Below are positions 1 to 12,459 of a DNA stretch of 64,000 bases, piece by piece (position 1 is the first letter of the stretch; each line of letters starts with the position of its first letter). The notes under the pieces were generated by a model that searched no databases, was not told where the DNA came from, and saw only the letters and a list, made by a program, of their open reading frames with translations. The DNA is from an uncultured Chloroflexia bacterium (GTDB lineage: Bacteria; Chloroflexota; UBA6077; JACCZL01): NCBI GenBank assembly GCA_963765765.1, contig CAVXYC010000014.1, positions 256,001 to 320,000 on the forward strand, in the 5' to 3' direction. A program made the position numbers and the translations under genes.

Positions 1-185
1 CGCCGGCTGAGAGCAAGGACATCCCCTCTCCAAACGGCGGCGATACAGAGCTCACCGGTGAGAGGTCGGCCTAACCACACGCCATCCGCTCATTGCCAGC
101 GGATGCATCCGGATATTGGTGACGAGCGGCTCTAAGATGATCCGTTCGGTTCCTTACGAATCGTCACCGAGCTCGGGGCTTACCT

Positions 186-881
186 GTGCTAGAGTCACCG
201 TACGATCACGCGAGTGAGCCAACGCTGAAGTCGATGCACGCATCAACGCTCGCCAACGTCTCAGGGGCAGCGCCCAATGAGCACATGCCGGGTGCGGCCA
301 GTTTCGTCGTGGGCATAGCCGCGTCATCCGGCGGCCTCCACGCGATCGGGCAGGTGTTGGGTGGTCTACCGAGATCGCTCTCCGCGGCAATTATCGTGGT
401 GCAGCACCTCGCTCCAAAACACCATAGTTTCCTTGCCCACATACTGGATGAGCGAACCGTGCTCAGGGTTCGCGACGCGTGCGAGGGTGCGGCGTTGTTC
501 GACGGCGCCGTTTATGTGGCGCCACCTGACCTCCACACCGTCGTGGACGCGTCAGAACGAATACGTCTCATAGAACTCGAGCCGGTAAACTTCGTTCGTC
601 CATCCGCGGATGTTCTGTTTCAATCCCTTGCCGAGAATCTTGGCACGCGGGCCATTGGTGTGGTCCTCACGGGAAATGGCGTGGATGGCGCAACCGGCCT
701 CTTGAGTATCAAGAACGCGGGCGGCTTCACAATCGCGGAGCATGTGATGACAGCAGAGTTCCCCGATATGCCTCGGGCGGCCGTTGAGAAGGGTGGTGTT
801 GACCGCGCTCTTCCTCTCGATCAGATTGCGAAATCGATCTACGAGCACACACGGAAAGCAGAGCATCGTGCCGACTACTGA
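186..881 (+). CDS. cheB: CheB-type methylesterase domain protein without receiver domain; true start may be downstream
   Basis: IAASSGG, VVQH, RPSADVLF, LTGNGVDG and DMP motifs of the CheB Ser-His-Asp triad. Confidence 0.88.
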   Translation: MLESPYDHASEPTLKSMHASTLANVSGAAPNEHMPGAASFVVGIAASSGGLHAIGQVLGGLPRSLSAAIIVVQHLAPKHHSFLAHILDERTVLRVRDACEGAALFDGAVYVAPPDLHTVVDASERIRLIELEPVNFVRPSADVLFQSLAENLGTRAIGVVLTGNGVDGATGLLSIKNAGGFTIAEHVMTAEFPDMPRAAVEKGGVDRALPLDQIAKSIYEHTRKAEHRADY

Positions 882-2721
882 TGACTCGTTCGAGAGCTTG
901 CTCGAATATCTCAAGCGCAATCGCGGTTTCGACTTCACAGGCTATAAGCGGTCCACCGTCATGCGCCGCGTACAGCGACGGATGCAACAGGTAAACGTCG
1001 ATGACTTCGCGTCCTATGTGGACTACCTCGAGGTGGATCCAGAGGAATTCGTCCCGTTATTCAATACCATTCTGATCAACGTTACAGGCTTCTTTCGCGA
1101 TATGGAAACGTGGGAATTCATGGCCGCGGAGATCGTCCCGAAGATTCTGGCGTCGAAACAAGAGAACGAGCCCGTCCGCGTATGGAGCGCTGGCTGCGCC
1201 TCAGGTGAGGAAGCGTTCACGCTCGCCATGCTGTTCGGCGAAGCCATGGGGATTGACGAATTTCGAAACAGAGTCAAGATTTACGCGACGGACGTTGACG
1301 AGGAAGCATTGCAGTTTGCACGTCAAGCCTCATATTCAGATGCGCAGGTGGAAAAGATTCCCGCGGAATATCTAGAACGCTACTTCGAAGACTCAGGAGG
1401 GCGACGTTTATTCCACAAGGACATGCGACGAGCCGTCATCTTCGGCCGGCACGATCTGATTCAGGATGCCCCGATCTCACGAGTTGACCTGTTGATGTGC
1501 CGAAACACGTTGATGTATTTCAACGCGGAAACGCAATCACGCGTCATCTCACGATTCCACTTTGCCCTTCGGCCCGGCGCATTCCTTGTCCTCGGGCGAG
1601 CCGAGATGCTGCTTTCGCATGGCAATGCCTTTACGTCCGTTGCGCTCAAGCAAAGGATTTTCACCGCTGTGAATCGCATGCGAACTAGCGACTCGCTCCC
1701 GTTGCTCAATCAAGTGCTCGACGGAGATAGCACAAACGGCGAGATTGCTAAGATACGCCTACGGGAATCAGCCTTCGACTCCAGTATTGTTGCGCAGCTC
1801 GTGCTAGATCCCGAGGGGATCCTGACCTTGGCCAATGAGCGGGCGCGATCGATGTTCGGATTGACATCTCGCGACCTCGGACGGCCATTCTCCGACCTGG
1901 AAGTCTCGTATCGCCCGGCTGAGCTGCGCTCCCGAATCGACCTCGCGAGAAGCGAACGAAGATCGGTCCAGCTCCAGGAAGTTCCGTGGAACTTGAATTT
2001 CGGTGAGCCAAACTATTTTGAGATCTCGGTCACCCCGCTTACAGAACCCAGCGGTGAGGTGCTCGGTACTAGCCTTGTCTTCACTGACGTAACCCCATTC
2101 AAGCATCTCCAATACGAGCTCCGTCAGGCCAACGAAGAGCTTGAAACAGCATACGAAGAGCTCCAGTCCACCAATGAAGAGCTCGAGACGATGAACGAGG
2201 AGCTGCAATCCACGATCGAAGAGCTGGAGACGACCAACGAGGAGCTGCAGTCCACGAACGAAGAGCTCGAGACCATGAATGAGGAGCTACAGTCCACGAA
2301 CGAAGAGCTGCACACCATCAACGATCAGCTTACCCAGCGCGGTGATGAGCTGAATCGGGTGAACGACTATCTGACTTCAATCATGGAAAACGTCCAGGGT
2401 GGCGTGATCGTCCTGGACCGGGAGCTCCGGGTGAAGGGCTGGAATCGAAAGTCGGAGCAGCTATGGGGCCTACGCGCGGATGAGGTGCAGGAGAAGCATC
2501 TGCAAAATCTCGGTATAAAGCTACCGTTCGACGAGGTAGTGCGTGCGATTCATCTCTCCTGGACGGAAAATGCCACGAGCGGACCTTTGACCATCGATGC
2601 GCGGGATCGATGGGGAGAGCCTTTCCAGTGTTCCCTGACCTGCACGCCGATGGAAGCCGCGGACGGCGTTTCAGCCGGTGTGATTCTCGTTATGAACAAC
2701 CGGGACGGCCAGCAGGCCTGA
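868..2721 (+). CDS. cheR: CheR-type SAM methyltransferase with PAS domains and a heptad coiled coil
   Basis: DFTGYK, NVTGFFRD, VWSAGCASGEEA, CRNTLMYF motifs; EELQSTNEELET repeats; likely GTG start at 868 overlapping the cheB end. Confidence 0.9.
   Translation: MPTTDDSFESLLEYLKRNRGFDFTGYKRSTVMRRVQRRMQQVNVDDFASYVDYLEVDPEEFVPLFNTILINVTGFFRDMETWEFMAAEIVPKILASKQENEPVRVWSAGCASGEEAFTLAMLFGEAMGIDEFRNRVKIYATDVDEEALQFARQASYSDAQVEKIPAEYLERYFEDSGGRRLFHKDMRRAVIFGRHDLIQDAPISRVDLLMCRNTLMYFNAETQSRVISRFHFALRPGAFLVLGRAEMLLSHGNAFTSVALKQRIFTAVNRMRTSDSLPLLNQVLDGDSTNGEIAKIRLRESAFDSSIVAQLVLDPEGILTLANERARSMFGLTSRDLGRPFSDLEVSYRPAELRSRIDLARSERRSVQLQEVPWNLNFGEPNYFEISVTPLTEPSGEVLGTSLVFTDVTPFKHLQYELRQANEELETAYEELQSTNEELETMNEELQSTIEELETTNEELQSTNEELETMNEELQSTNEELHTINDQLTQRGDELNRVNDYLTSIMENVQGGVIVLDRELRVKGWNRKSEQLWGLRADEVQEKHLQNLGIKLPFDEVVRAIHLSWTENATSGPLTIDARDRWGEPFQCSLTCTPMEAADGVSAGVILVMNNRDGQQA
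2131..2310 (+). repeat. Imperfect 21-nt coding tandem repeat (NEELQST/NEELETM heptads)
   Basis: Repeated aacga(a/g)gagct... units at 21-nt period. Confidence 0.8.
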
Positions 2722-2809
2722 GACCCATAGTAAAGCGTCGGCTTCCCCGTACGATCCCTCATCTGAGTGGTACGTTCAATGCATATCTCACTGTGAGGGA
2801 GCACAGGGG

Positions 2810-4516
2810 ATGCTGAACGAGATGGGTTTCGCGAGGGCCGTCGCGGATTTTCGGGATAAAGCCGACAATCTTCGGCGAGACATGCTCGAGGAGCCGGCGA
2901 ACGCTCACTCCCTTCTAACTCGAACACTCGAGGAGCTAAATGAGAGCCTTGAGGAGCTTCAGGTTGCCGAAGAAGAGCTTCGCGCTCAAGCCTCCGAGCT
3001 CGCCGAGAGCGAACGTCGGGCGATAGAAGATCGCGCGCGATATGAGGAGCTTTTTCAGTTCGCTCCCGATCCATATCTCGTAACCGACGTGTACGGCACG
3101 ATTCTCGAGGCTAATCGCGCGGCCGTGCAGCGATTGCGTGTCGACGTCAGTTATTTGCGCGGGAAGCCACTGATTACGTTCGTCGCTCCTGAGCACCGTC
3201 GCCAATTCCGAGCCCTACTCAATGGGCAAAAATTTCAGACATCCGCTTCGACCTTCGAGCTCGCAATCCAACCGCGGCAAGATGAGGCCTTCACCGGGCT
3301 GATCACCGTGGATGGGACACAGGGGCAAGTGGACGGTCGCGGGTCATTACGCTGGATGATCCGCGACATTACAGAGCGCAAGCGGCTGAATGACGAGCTC
3401 CAAGCGCTCAACCTGGAGCTTGAGAGTCGAGTAGCCGAACGCACGCTCGAGCTGAAGGCCGCCAATGACTTGAAGGATGATCTGCTTCAGCAAAGTAGAG
3501 CGACAGAAAGTCGGTACCGTCAGCTCTTCACGAGCACTGTGGATGCTGTGCTGCTGGTAGACGAGGCGGGCATCATTCGTGAGGCGAATCCGGCGGCGTC
3601 GCAGCTCCTGAGCCAGAGTTCGGAGTGCCTCATTGGCTTGCCACTTCAGCGGGTACTGGTCTGGCAACCGCCGGGTGCGAATCGTTCGGATACCACCTGG
3701 CGTGGGGAGATAGAAGCGCGCCGACTGGACGGCACAATCGTGCCAGTGGAGGCGTCCATCGCATCGGTTCAGCTCGCTGAGAGCTCCGCGACATTCTGGA
3801 CCATCAGGGATATCTCCGACCGGCGTCGGCTGGCCCGGCTCCAGGAGGAGTTCCTATCCATGGCGGCGCATGAGCTGAAGACGCCGCTCACCTCACTCAA
3901 GGGATTCGCGCAGCTCCTACAGCGAGGCATCGGCGGTGCCCGTGCAGCCGAAATGATTGTGCAGCAGGCTGATCACCTGAATCTGCTGGTAGGAGACCTC
4001 CTGGATGTGGCTCGCCTCGAATCCGGCCACATCAATATTCAGGCAGTGGAGACAGATCTGCGATGGATCATCGATCGCGCGATTGAGCAAGCACGGACGC
4101 TAACGACGACACACACGATCGAGTTCGAGACGGTTGACCATCCAATCATCGGTCGTTGGGACGAGCGGCGCATCGAACAGGTCATAACCAATCTTCTCTC
4201 GAACGCGGTGAAATACGCCCCGAGCTCTCGCCACATCACGGTTCGGATTACCGAACATGACGATCTCGTGCGCACAACCGTGCAAGACTACGGTCCCGGC
4301 ATCGCCCCGGAAGCGATTCCGGGGCTTTTCATGCGGTTCTACCGGGTGGACGACCCCACCAGCCGTGGTGTGGAAGGGATGGGGCTCGGCCTGTACATCA
4401 GTCGCATCATCGTCGAGGCACACGGCGGAACGATGGAGGTGGCATCGAAGCTCGGGGAGGGAAGCGAATTCACGTTCAGTCTTCCTCGTGACGCATCGTC
4501 GACTGACGCCCACTGA
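2810..4516 (+). CDS. PAS-domain sensor histidine kinase
   Basis: Two PAS domains, H-box AHELKTPLT, N-box NLLSNAVKY, DYGPGI and GMGLGL G-boxes. Confidence 0.93.
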   Translation: MLNEMGFARAVADFRDKADNLRRDMLEEPANAHSLLTRTLEELNESLEELQVAEEELRAQASELAESERRAIEDRARYEELFQFAPDPYLVTDVYGTILEANRAAVQRLRVDVSYLRGKPLITFVAPEHRRQFRALLNGQKFQTSASTFELAIQPRQDEAFTGLITVDGTQGQVDGRGSLRWMIRDITERKRLNDELQALNLELESRVAERTLELKAANDLKDDLLQQSRATESRYRQLFTSTVDAVLLVDEAGIIREANPAASQLLSQSSECLIGLPLQRVLVWQPPGANRSDTTWRGEIEARRLDGTIVPVEASIASVQLAESSATFWTIRDISDRRRLARLQEEFLSMAAHELKTPLTSLKGFAQLLQRGIGGARAAEMIVQQADHLNLLVGDLLDVARLESGHINIQAVETDLRWIIDRAIEQARTLTTTHTIEFETVDHPIIGRWDERRIEQVITNLLSNAVKYAPSSRHITVRITEHDDLVRTTVQDYGPGIAPEAIPGLFMRFYRVDDPTSRGVEGMGLGLYISRIIVEAHGGTMEVASKLGEGSEFTFSLPRDASSTDAH

Positions 4517-4519
4517 TCC

Positions 4520-5029
4520 TCAAGCGATTCTTCGATCTTCACGCCCTTGTAAGAGAGGCTCGCCGGATGCTCCGCGCTCCACTGCCCAGACCGCGATCTG
4601 CGTCCGCGAAGATGCCCCCAGCTTGACCAAAATGTGCTGGATGTGATTCGCCACGGTTCCCGGCGAGAGAATCAGGCGGGCGGCAATTTGCCCATTGGTC
4701 AGTCCCAGGGCCAGTAAGCTGGCAATTTCCCACTGACGCGGACTGAGCGGCGTGGACTCCTCGAGGACTGCGGGCAGGACCGCGGCAGGCGATGGCACGT
4801 CCGTGACAGACGATGACACAGCTCGCATCGGTGTTTCTGCAAGAGTCTCGAGCAGCTTTCGCCGGGTCAAAGCCCCTTCTTCGAGCGATTGAGTAAGCCA
4901 CTTCAGCCGTTGCATAAGAAAAACTCGTTGCGCGCGCAGTTGAGAGGCACGGTCGAGCAGTTCACCCAATCGACTCGGCGCCGCATCGCGTTCAGCGTAG
5001 TAGGCTTCGGCCCTGTGATTCGTGTTCAT
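4520..5029 (-). CDS. LuxR-family HTH regulator with non-receiver N-terminus
   Basis: LSPRQWEIASLLALGLTNGQIAARL..SPGTVANHIQHILVKLG. Confidence 0.85.
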   Translation of the reverse strand: MNTNHRAEAYYAERDAAPSRLGELLDRASQLRAQRVFLMQRLKWLTQSLEEGALTRRKLLETLAETPMRAVSSSVTDVPSPAAVLPAVLEESTPLSPRQWEIASLLALGLTNGQIAARLILSPGTVANHIQHILVKLGASSRTQIAVWAVERGASGEPLLQGREDRRIA

Positions 5030-5094
5030 CGCACGCTCCCAGGCGTATTTTAGTCAGTAGTACGAAGACCAGTGTAGCTCAGATGCAGTCAATA

Positions 5095-5136
5095 CGTATG
5101 GATAAGAACAAATCTGCGTATGGATAAGAACAAATC
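5095..5136. repeat. Perfect 20-bp direct repeat, 22-bp period
   Basis: CGTATGGATAAGAACAAATC at 5095-5114 and 5117-5136. Confidence 0.9.
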
Positions 5137-5253
5137 GCGGAAGTTGTGCACATCGGTATATGGCCTTAACTATTGCCGGAACGTAGGCTAAATACATCAG
5201 GTGGCAACGCGTGAGTCATGGTCCGCTTCGCCGCTCTCAGGGGGTTCAGGACT

Positions 5254-5427
5254 ATGGTATGTGGTCACTGCGAAGCACGTGAAGCCCGCTTGTACTGGTT
5301 ACCTGCACGATATTCCACGAGTGAGATCAAGCCTACAGGCGTCTGCTATTTCTGCTTCATTCGAATCGTTAGCAGATCTCCCCGTAGAGCGGAAATCGTC
5401 GAGCCATCCGCAAGCCTTTCCAGTTAG
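5254..5427 (+). CDS. Small (57 aa) putative zinc-finger protein
   Basis: MVCGHC...GVCYFC with two CxxC pairs; AGGA upstream of ATG 5254. Confidence 0.55.
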   Translation: MVCGHCEAREARLYWLPARYSTSEIKPTGVCYFCFIRIVSRSPRRAEIVEPSASLSS

Positions 5428-5567
5428 CCCGACTCGGCTCACCAGGCTACAGGCAAGCTGTGGCCACCGACAGTGCACATAAGGACTTGATCGTGGCAGA
5501 CAATGGAGTCTGCCATGATCTCACATCCCGCCGGTGGAACAGGCGTCCAGTGGCTCCGCAGCGATCT

Positions 5568-5603
5568 CAAGGTGGGACAGACGGAGATGCCTGTCCCACC
5601 TTG
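5568..5603. terminator. Hairpin just downstream of clpB
   Basis: CAAGGTGGGACAG / CTGTCCCACCTTG 13-bp perfect stem. Confidence 0.7.
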
Positions 5604-5612
5604 TTTACAGCT

Positions 5613-8213
<2,601 letters not shown>

Positions 8214-8375
8214 TAATCATCACCATCTGGGATCGGGTTGGAATCACAACGGACCCAATCGTCATTTCTCAATTATCCTAACCAGTACTCTGTTAGTACG
8301 GCGTAAGCACCGTATGTGAGCGGTATCAGAAGACAGAGAATTAATGCCCCACTGGCTTACTTCTCCCGCCTGGAG

Positions 8376-8879
8376 TCATGGTTTTACAGAGAGCTGCTGT
8401 CTTACACCGCCACGCCGCACGCCGAGGGTGTACCCATCGCCTTGGGGCAGAGCATCGACCGCTTGCATGAGGTCGTCGACCCCCTTGATCGATCTCCCAT
8501 TGACCGTCTCGATTACATCTCCGGTACGTACGCCAGCTCGCTCCGCCGGCTGGCCCGGATGTACAGGGCCAACTTCGGCACCTCCCCCTGACGCGTCTCG
8601 AGCCGCCACACCGAGCCTCGGCGGCGCTGAAGCATCGGCTTTCCAGCGGCGTGCCAGCGCATCGAGTCTCGCGCGATCAAACCCGACGATGACATCGGGG
8701 CCGGCGATGGTCACCGGCACGCCCATCTGGCCGCTCCGCGTCACAACCTCATGTGCCGCCGCTTGATCGCGGGAAACATCGCGCTCCTGGTATGTGACCC
8801 CTTGCTGCCGAAGGAACTCCTTCGTCCTGTGACACCAGGGTCAAGTCTGCGTGGTGAATACAGTGACTGTGTCCGGCAT
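8376..8879 (-). CDS. Selenocysteine-containing glutaredoxin (NrdH/YruB-like) fused to a PDZ domain, 167 aa
   Basis: AAGGAG RBS, ATG 8879, MPDTVTVFTTQT-U(TGA 8843-8841)-PWCHRTKEFL, GQMGVPV cis-Pro motif, VGFD, then PDZ (PAERAGVRTGDVI). Confidence 0.88.
8795..8843 (-). promoter_or_regulatory. Putative bacterial SECIS element
   Basis: CGAAGG-AGTT-CCTTCG hairpin (8824-8809) with the loop 22 nt after UGA; UGACCC can also pair with downstream GGGUCA. Confidence 0.7.
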
Positions 8880-9002
8880 CTTACGACTCCTTACCTTGAT
8901 CCTACCGAAGGCAGGCAGGAGCCACAATGACTCGAGGTCTGCAATACCACCGAGTCTGGATTGACGTACCATCAGCCCAAACATTCGCACGGGAGCGTCA
9001 CC

Positions 9003-9638
9003 ATGGAAGCTCTTTCACGCACCGTTTACATCGTCACTGCTGAAGTTGAGCCCGAATGGGAGACCGACTTCAATCGCTGGTATGACGAAGAGCATGTGCC
9101 AAATCTCCTCGCAGTTCCGGGTTACCGCAGCGGAACACGATACGTGGCCGTTGAAGGCGAGCCAAAGTACATGGCCTTCTGGGAGATTGACTCGATGGAG
9201 GCGTACCGTGGCAAAGAGCACGACGTTGCGGTGAACACGCCCTGGACTGAGCGAGGAGCATCGCACCGCAACATCCAGATGGCCTTCTATGAGCAGATCT
9301 TTCCGGAGGAAGGTCTGTTGAAGGGCGCATCCTGGGGAGAAAAGGTGGGCGGCCTCCTGATCAATCGCATCGACGTCACGCCCGAAGGCGAGCAGGATTT
9401 CAACGACTGGTACAACCAGGAGCATCAGCCAGCCTTATGCTCGGTACCCGGTGCTATCGCGGCTCGCCGCTTCCGCGTTACTCAAGGCGAGCCGAAGTAT
9501 ATGGCCATGGTCTACCTCACGGATCCCGGCGTTCAGGCCACCGAAGACTGGCAAAAGGCAGCGAACACGCCCTGGACGGCCCGATCGCGGGAGAGCTATC
9601 GGAATCGTTGGCGAGTCGTGTATCGTCCGTATCCGTAG
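9003..9638 (+). CDS. Tandem EthD/DUF4286-like dimeric alpha-beta barrel protein
   Basis: Two internal repeats FNxWYxxEH..L..VPG...GEPKYMA...NTPWT. Confidence 0.75.
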   Translation: MEALSRTVYIVTAEVEPEWETDFNRWYDEEHVPNLLAVPGYRSGTRYVAVEGEPKYMAFWEIDSMEAYRGKEHDVAVNTPWTERGASHRNIQMAFYEQIFPEEGLLKGASWGEKVGGLLINRIDVTPEGEQDFNDWYNQEHQPALCSVPGAIAARRFRVTQGEPKYMAMVYLTDPGVQATEDWQKAANTPWTARSRESYRNRWRVVYRPYP

Positions 9639-9860
9639 ACTGCGGACTGCCCCGGCCCTTCCACTTATCCCACCACGCACGCGGGCCGAGGAGACAAGCT
9701 GTCGGCCTTCTGAGCTCGGATCTCTAGCACGTGTTTCGAATACTTGGTCTTGGGAAGTCCCACACGCACCCCAGCCGGCCTGGTACGCTGATCACAGGCT
9801 CCAGCCGCACGCGCCACCGCGTGCCCAATATTGAGCATCATCTCCTGCCAGGTTCTAACT

Positions 9861-10244
9861 ATGACTTCCCATGCCTCGGACGGCGCGACTCCACGTGTGC
9901 TCGTCGTTGATGACGATCCCGCAATCCGTGACTTCGTTGGGCAGGCGCTTGAGGAGGAGGGGTACGAAGTTCGCCTGGCCATGAACGGCCAGGACGCCCT
10001 CACCACGCTCAGCGATTGGCCGGCCAATCTCATCGTGCTTGACTTGATGATGCCTACGATGGACGGTTGGACATTCCGAGATAGGCAGCGAGAATGCGAA
10101 GCGCTGGCCAACATCCCGGTGATCGTCATGTCTGCCGCACGGAATCTCGTGGGCCAGACTGAGCGACTCGCGCCAGCGGCTATCCTGCCGAAGCCGTTTG
10201 ATCTCGATACGCTTTTGACGGAGACTGAGCGGCTCCTGAGCTAG
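9861..10244 (+). CDS. Single-domain response regulator
   Basis: VLVVDDD, LDLMMPTMDG, MSA, KPF. Confidence 0.92.
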   Translation: MTSHASDGATPRVLVVDDDPAIRDFVGQALEEEGYEVRLAMNGQDALTTLSDWPANLIVLDLMMPTMDGWTFRDRQRECEALANIPVIVMSAARNLVGQTERLAPAAILPKPFDLDTLLTETERLLS

Positions 10245-10340
10245 AGCTCTTTCGCATAGCGTCGGCACGCGGCGTGCATTGAAGGTTGTTGCGGCCAGGA
10301 TTTAAATGGCCCGGCCGACATTCACCAGGAGATACACATC

Positions 10341-10790
10341 GTGGACGCAATTGAGCTACTCGAAAAAGACCACCGTACCGTTGAAGAGGCGTTCAAGAGC
10401 TTTGAGAACGCGGGAACAAGCGCTGAGAAGAAAGACAATTGCCCAGCAGATCATCGCTGAACTTGCAAGTCCACACTACCATTGAGGAAGAGATCTTCTA
10501 TCCGGTGACGCGGCGCAAGACCGACGCAGAGGGCAAGGAGATGATCGCCGAGGCATTCGAGGAGCACCACGTCATCAAGATGCTGATAGACGAGCTGCAG
10601 CAGATCGGATCGGTGAACGAGCAGTTCGAAGCCAAGATGACCGTGCTCCAGGAGAACGTTGAGCATCACGTAGAGGAAGAGGAGAGCGAGCTCTTCCCGG
10701 ATGCGAAGAAGAGTCTCGGAAAACGTCGTTGAAGAGCTCGGTGACAAGATGGCCCAGCGCAAGGAAGCGCTGATGGCTGGCGCCCGCTAA
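10341..10790 (+). CDS. Hemerythrin/HHE-domain protein with about 3 frameshifts (probably sequence errors)
   Basis: DAIELLEKDHRTV, HTTIEEEIFYP, EEHH, HHVEEEE across shifting frames; AGGAG RBS. Confidence 0.8.
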
Positions 10791-10810
10791 ACAGAAGGCA
10801 TCTAGGTCAG

Positions 10811-10852
10811 AGCGGGCCTGCTCCAGGGAAGGAGCGGGTCCGCTTTTGTTTG
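10811..10852 (+). terminator. Rho-independent terminator
   Basis: AGCGGGCCTGCTCC / GGAGCGGGTCCGCT stem followed by TTTGTTT. Confidence 0.8.
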
Positions 10853-10929
10853 TGCGACGAGTGCTCATCATTCCTCCACGCGCTGAGCCCCTACAATAGG
10901 TGACCGCAAGCCGGGACGGAGGAAACTTC

Positions 10930-12366
10930 ATGCGTACACTCATACAAGGCGGGTGGATCGTCGGATTCGACGGCGCGCACCATGAGCTTATTCGGGACGG
11001 CGTCGTCGTATACGAAGATGACCGCGTCATCCACGTGGACAAACACTTCGACGGTCAGGTTGACCGAACAATCGATGCACGCGGAAAGCTTGTCTCGCCC
11101 GGCTTTGTGAACTGCCATCTGCATGCGGGCACCAATGCCCCACACGTATTCATGGCGGACCATCTCAAGTCGGATTACTTCGCGAGCAATTTCATCGCCT
11201 ATGCCGCCGGCAAACGCGGCGCCCAGGATGCACGCTCGATGTCCAGGACTGACGTGGAGCAGAAATTCGGCATCTGGGCTGCCATTCGCGGCGGTGCCAC
11301 GACTGTGATGGACGTAGGTACTCGCAATCCGGAAGCCTTCGTAGACATGGTGGACGCGTTGGGCGCCCGCATGTACATGGGCCCCGGCTTCCGGAGCTTT
11401 GAATACGCCTTCGACGAAGAGGGCCGTGTGCACTGGGACGACAATCAGGCCGCAGGCATGAAGGGGCTCGAGCGCGCGGTTGCATTTGCTCAGGAATACA
11501 ACGGCGCCGTCAATGATCGCATCCGCTGCATGCTCTTCCCCGGTCAGCTCGACACGTGCTCAGACGAGCTTCTGCGGGCCACTCGTCGGGCTGCCGATGA
11601 GCACAGCTTACGAATCTCCCTCCACGTGGCCATGAATATGGTGGAGTTCCAGCGTGTCATGCGTGAATATCGCTTGACACCCATTGAATACGTCCAGAGC
11701 ATCGGCTTCCTCGGCCCGGACGTGATCCTGGGCCACTGCGTCTTTCATAACAAACACTCCTGGGCACACTACCCGTACACGGACGACATCAAGATTCTGG
11801 CAGACAGCGGCGCAACGGTGGCTCACGCGCCGTACAAATACGCCAAGATGGGCGTGATGCTGGAGTCGCTCGCCCGCTACCGCGATGCCGGCATCAACGT
11901 GGCCATGGGTACCGACACCTACCCCGAGGACATGATCCACGAGATGCGGGTTGCGGGGATGATGTGTCGATTTGCCGACGGTAGCTTCCGAGTGGGGACG
12001 CCTCACGACGTCTTCGATTGCGCCACGCTCGGAGGCGCGAAGTTTCTTGGCCGAGAGGACCTTGGCCGACTCACTCCTGGCTCCAAAGCGGATCTGCTGA
12101 TCATCGATCAAACCAGGCTGCACTACGGCGCCGTCCGCGATCCGATCAAATCGCTCATCGAGTGCGGTTCGCAGCAGGACATCGTCACCATCGTGGTGGA
12201 CGGCAGGACGCTCTTGGAAGATGGCCAGCCCCAAACGGTGGATGAGGGCGCGCTGCTGCAGGCCGTTCAGGAATCCGGTCAGGCTGTCTGGGACAGCGTA
12301 CCGAGCTGGCATTGGAAAGGCGCGGATGTAGATGAGTTTGTGCCTATGAGCTACTCGGTGCGGTAG
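10930..12366 (+). CDS. Metal-dependent amidohydrolase (chlorohydrolase/deaminase-like)
   Basis: PGFVNCHLH, SLHV, LGHC, MGTD, GRLTPGSKADL. Confidence 0.9.
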   Translation: MRTLIQGGWIVGFDGAHHELIRDGVVVYEDDRVIHVDKHFDGQVDRTIDARGKLVSPGFVNCHLHAGTNAPHVFMADHLKSDYFASNFIAYAAGKRGAQDARSMSRTDVEQKFGIWAAIRGGATTVMDVGTRNPEAFVDMVDALGARMYMGPGFRSFEYAFDEEGRVHWDDNQAAGMKGLERAVAFAQEYNGAVNDRIRCMLFPGQLDTCSDELLRATRRAADEHSLRISLHVAMNMVEFQRVMREYRLTPIEYVQSIGFLGPDVILGHCVFHNKHSWAHYPYTDDIKILADSGATVAHAPYKYAKMGVMLESLARYRDAGINVAMGTDTYPEDMIHEMRVAGMMCRFADGSFRVGTPHDVFDCATLGGAKFLGREDLGRLTPGSKADLLIIDQTRLHYGAVRDPIKSLIECGSQQDIVTIVVDGRTLLEDGQPQTVDEGALLQAVQESGQAVWDSVPSWHWKGADVDEFVPMSYSVR

Positions 12367-12459
12367 CCCCGGAGCATTCAACCGGCAATTCCATGGGATT
12401 TGATCCCGGTGTCGGCGTTCGTGGTGCTGGAGAATGGGCGTCGGTGAATCGATCCAGAC

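Noticed and set aside
8231-8260. Hairpin in the clpB leader as an RNA thermometer
   Set aside because: The stem does not cover the putative RBS or start codon
8916-8936. HAIR (HspR operator)-like CTCGAGT-N7-GCTCCTG on the minus strand upstream of grx-clpB
   Set aside because: Only 10 of 14 consensus positions match; too weak without a genome-specific matrix
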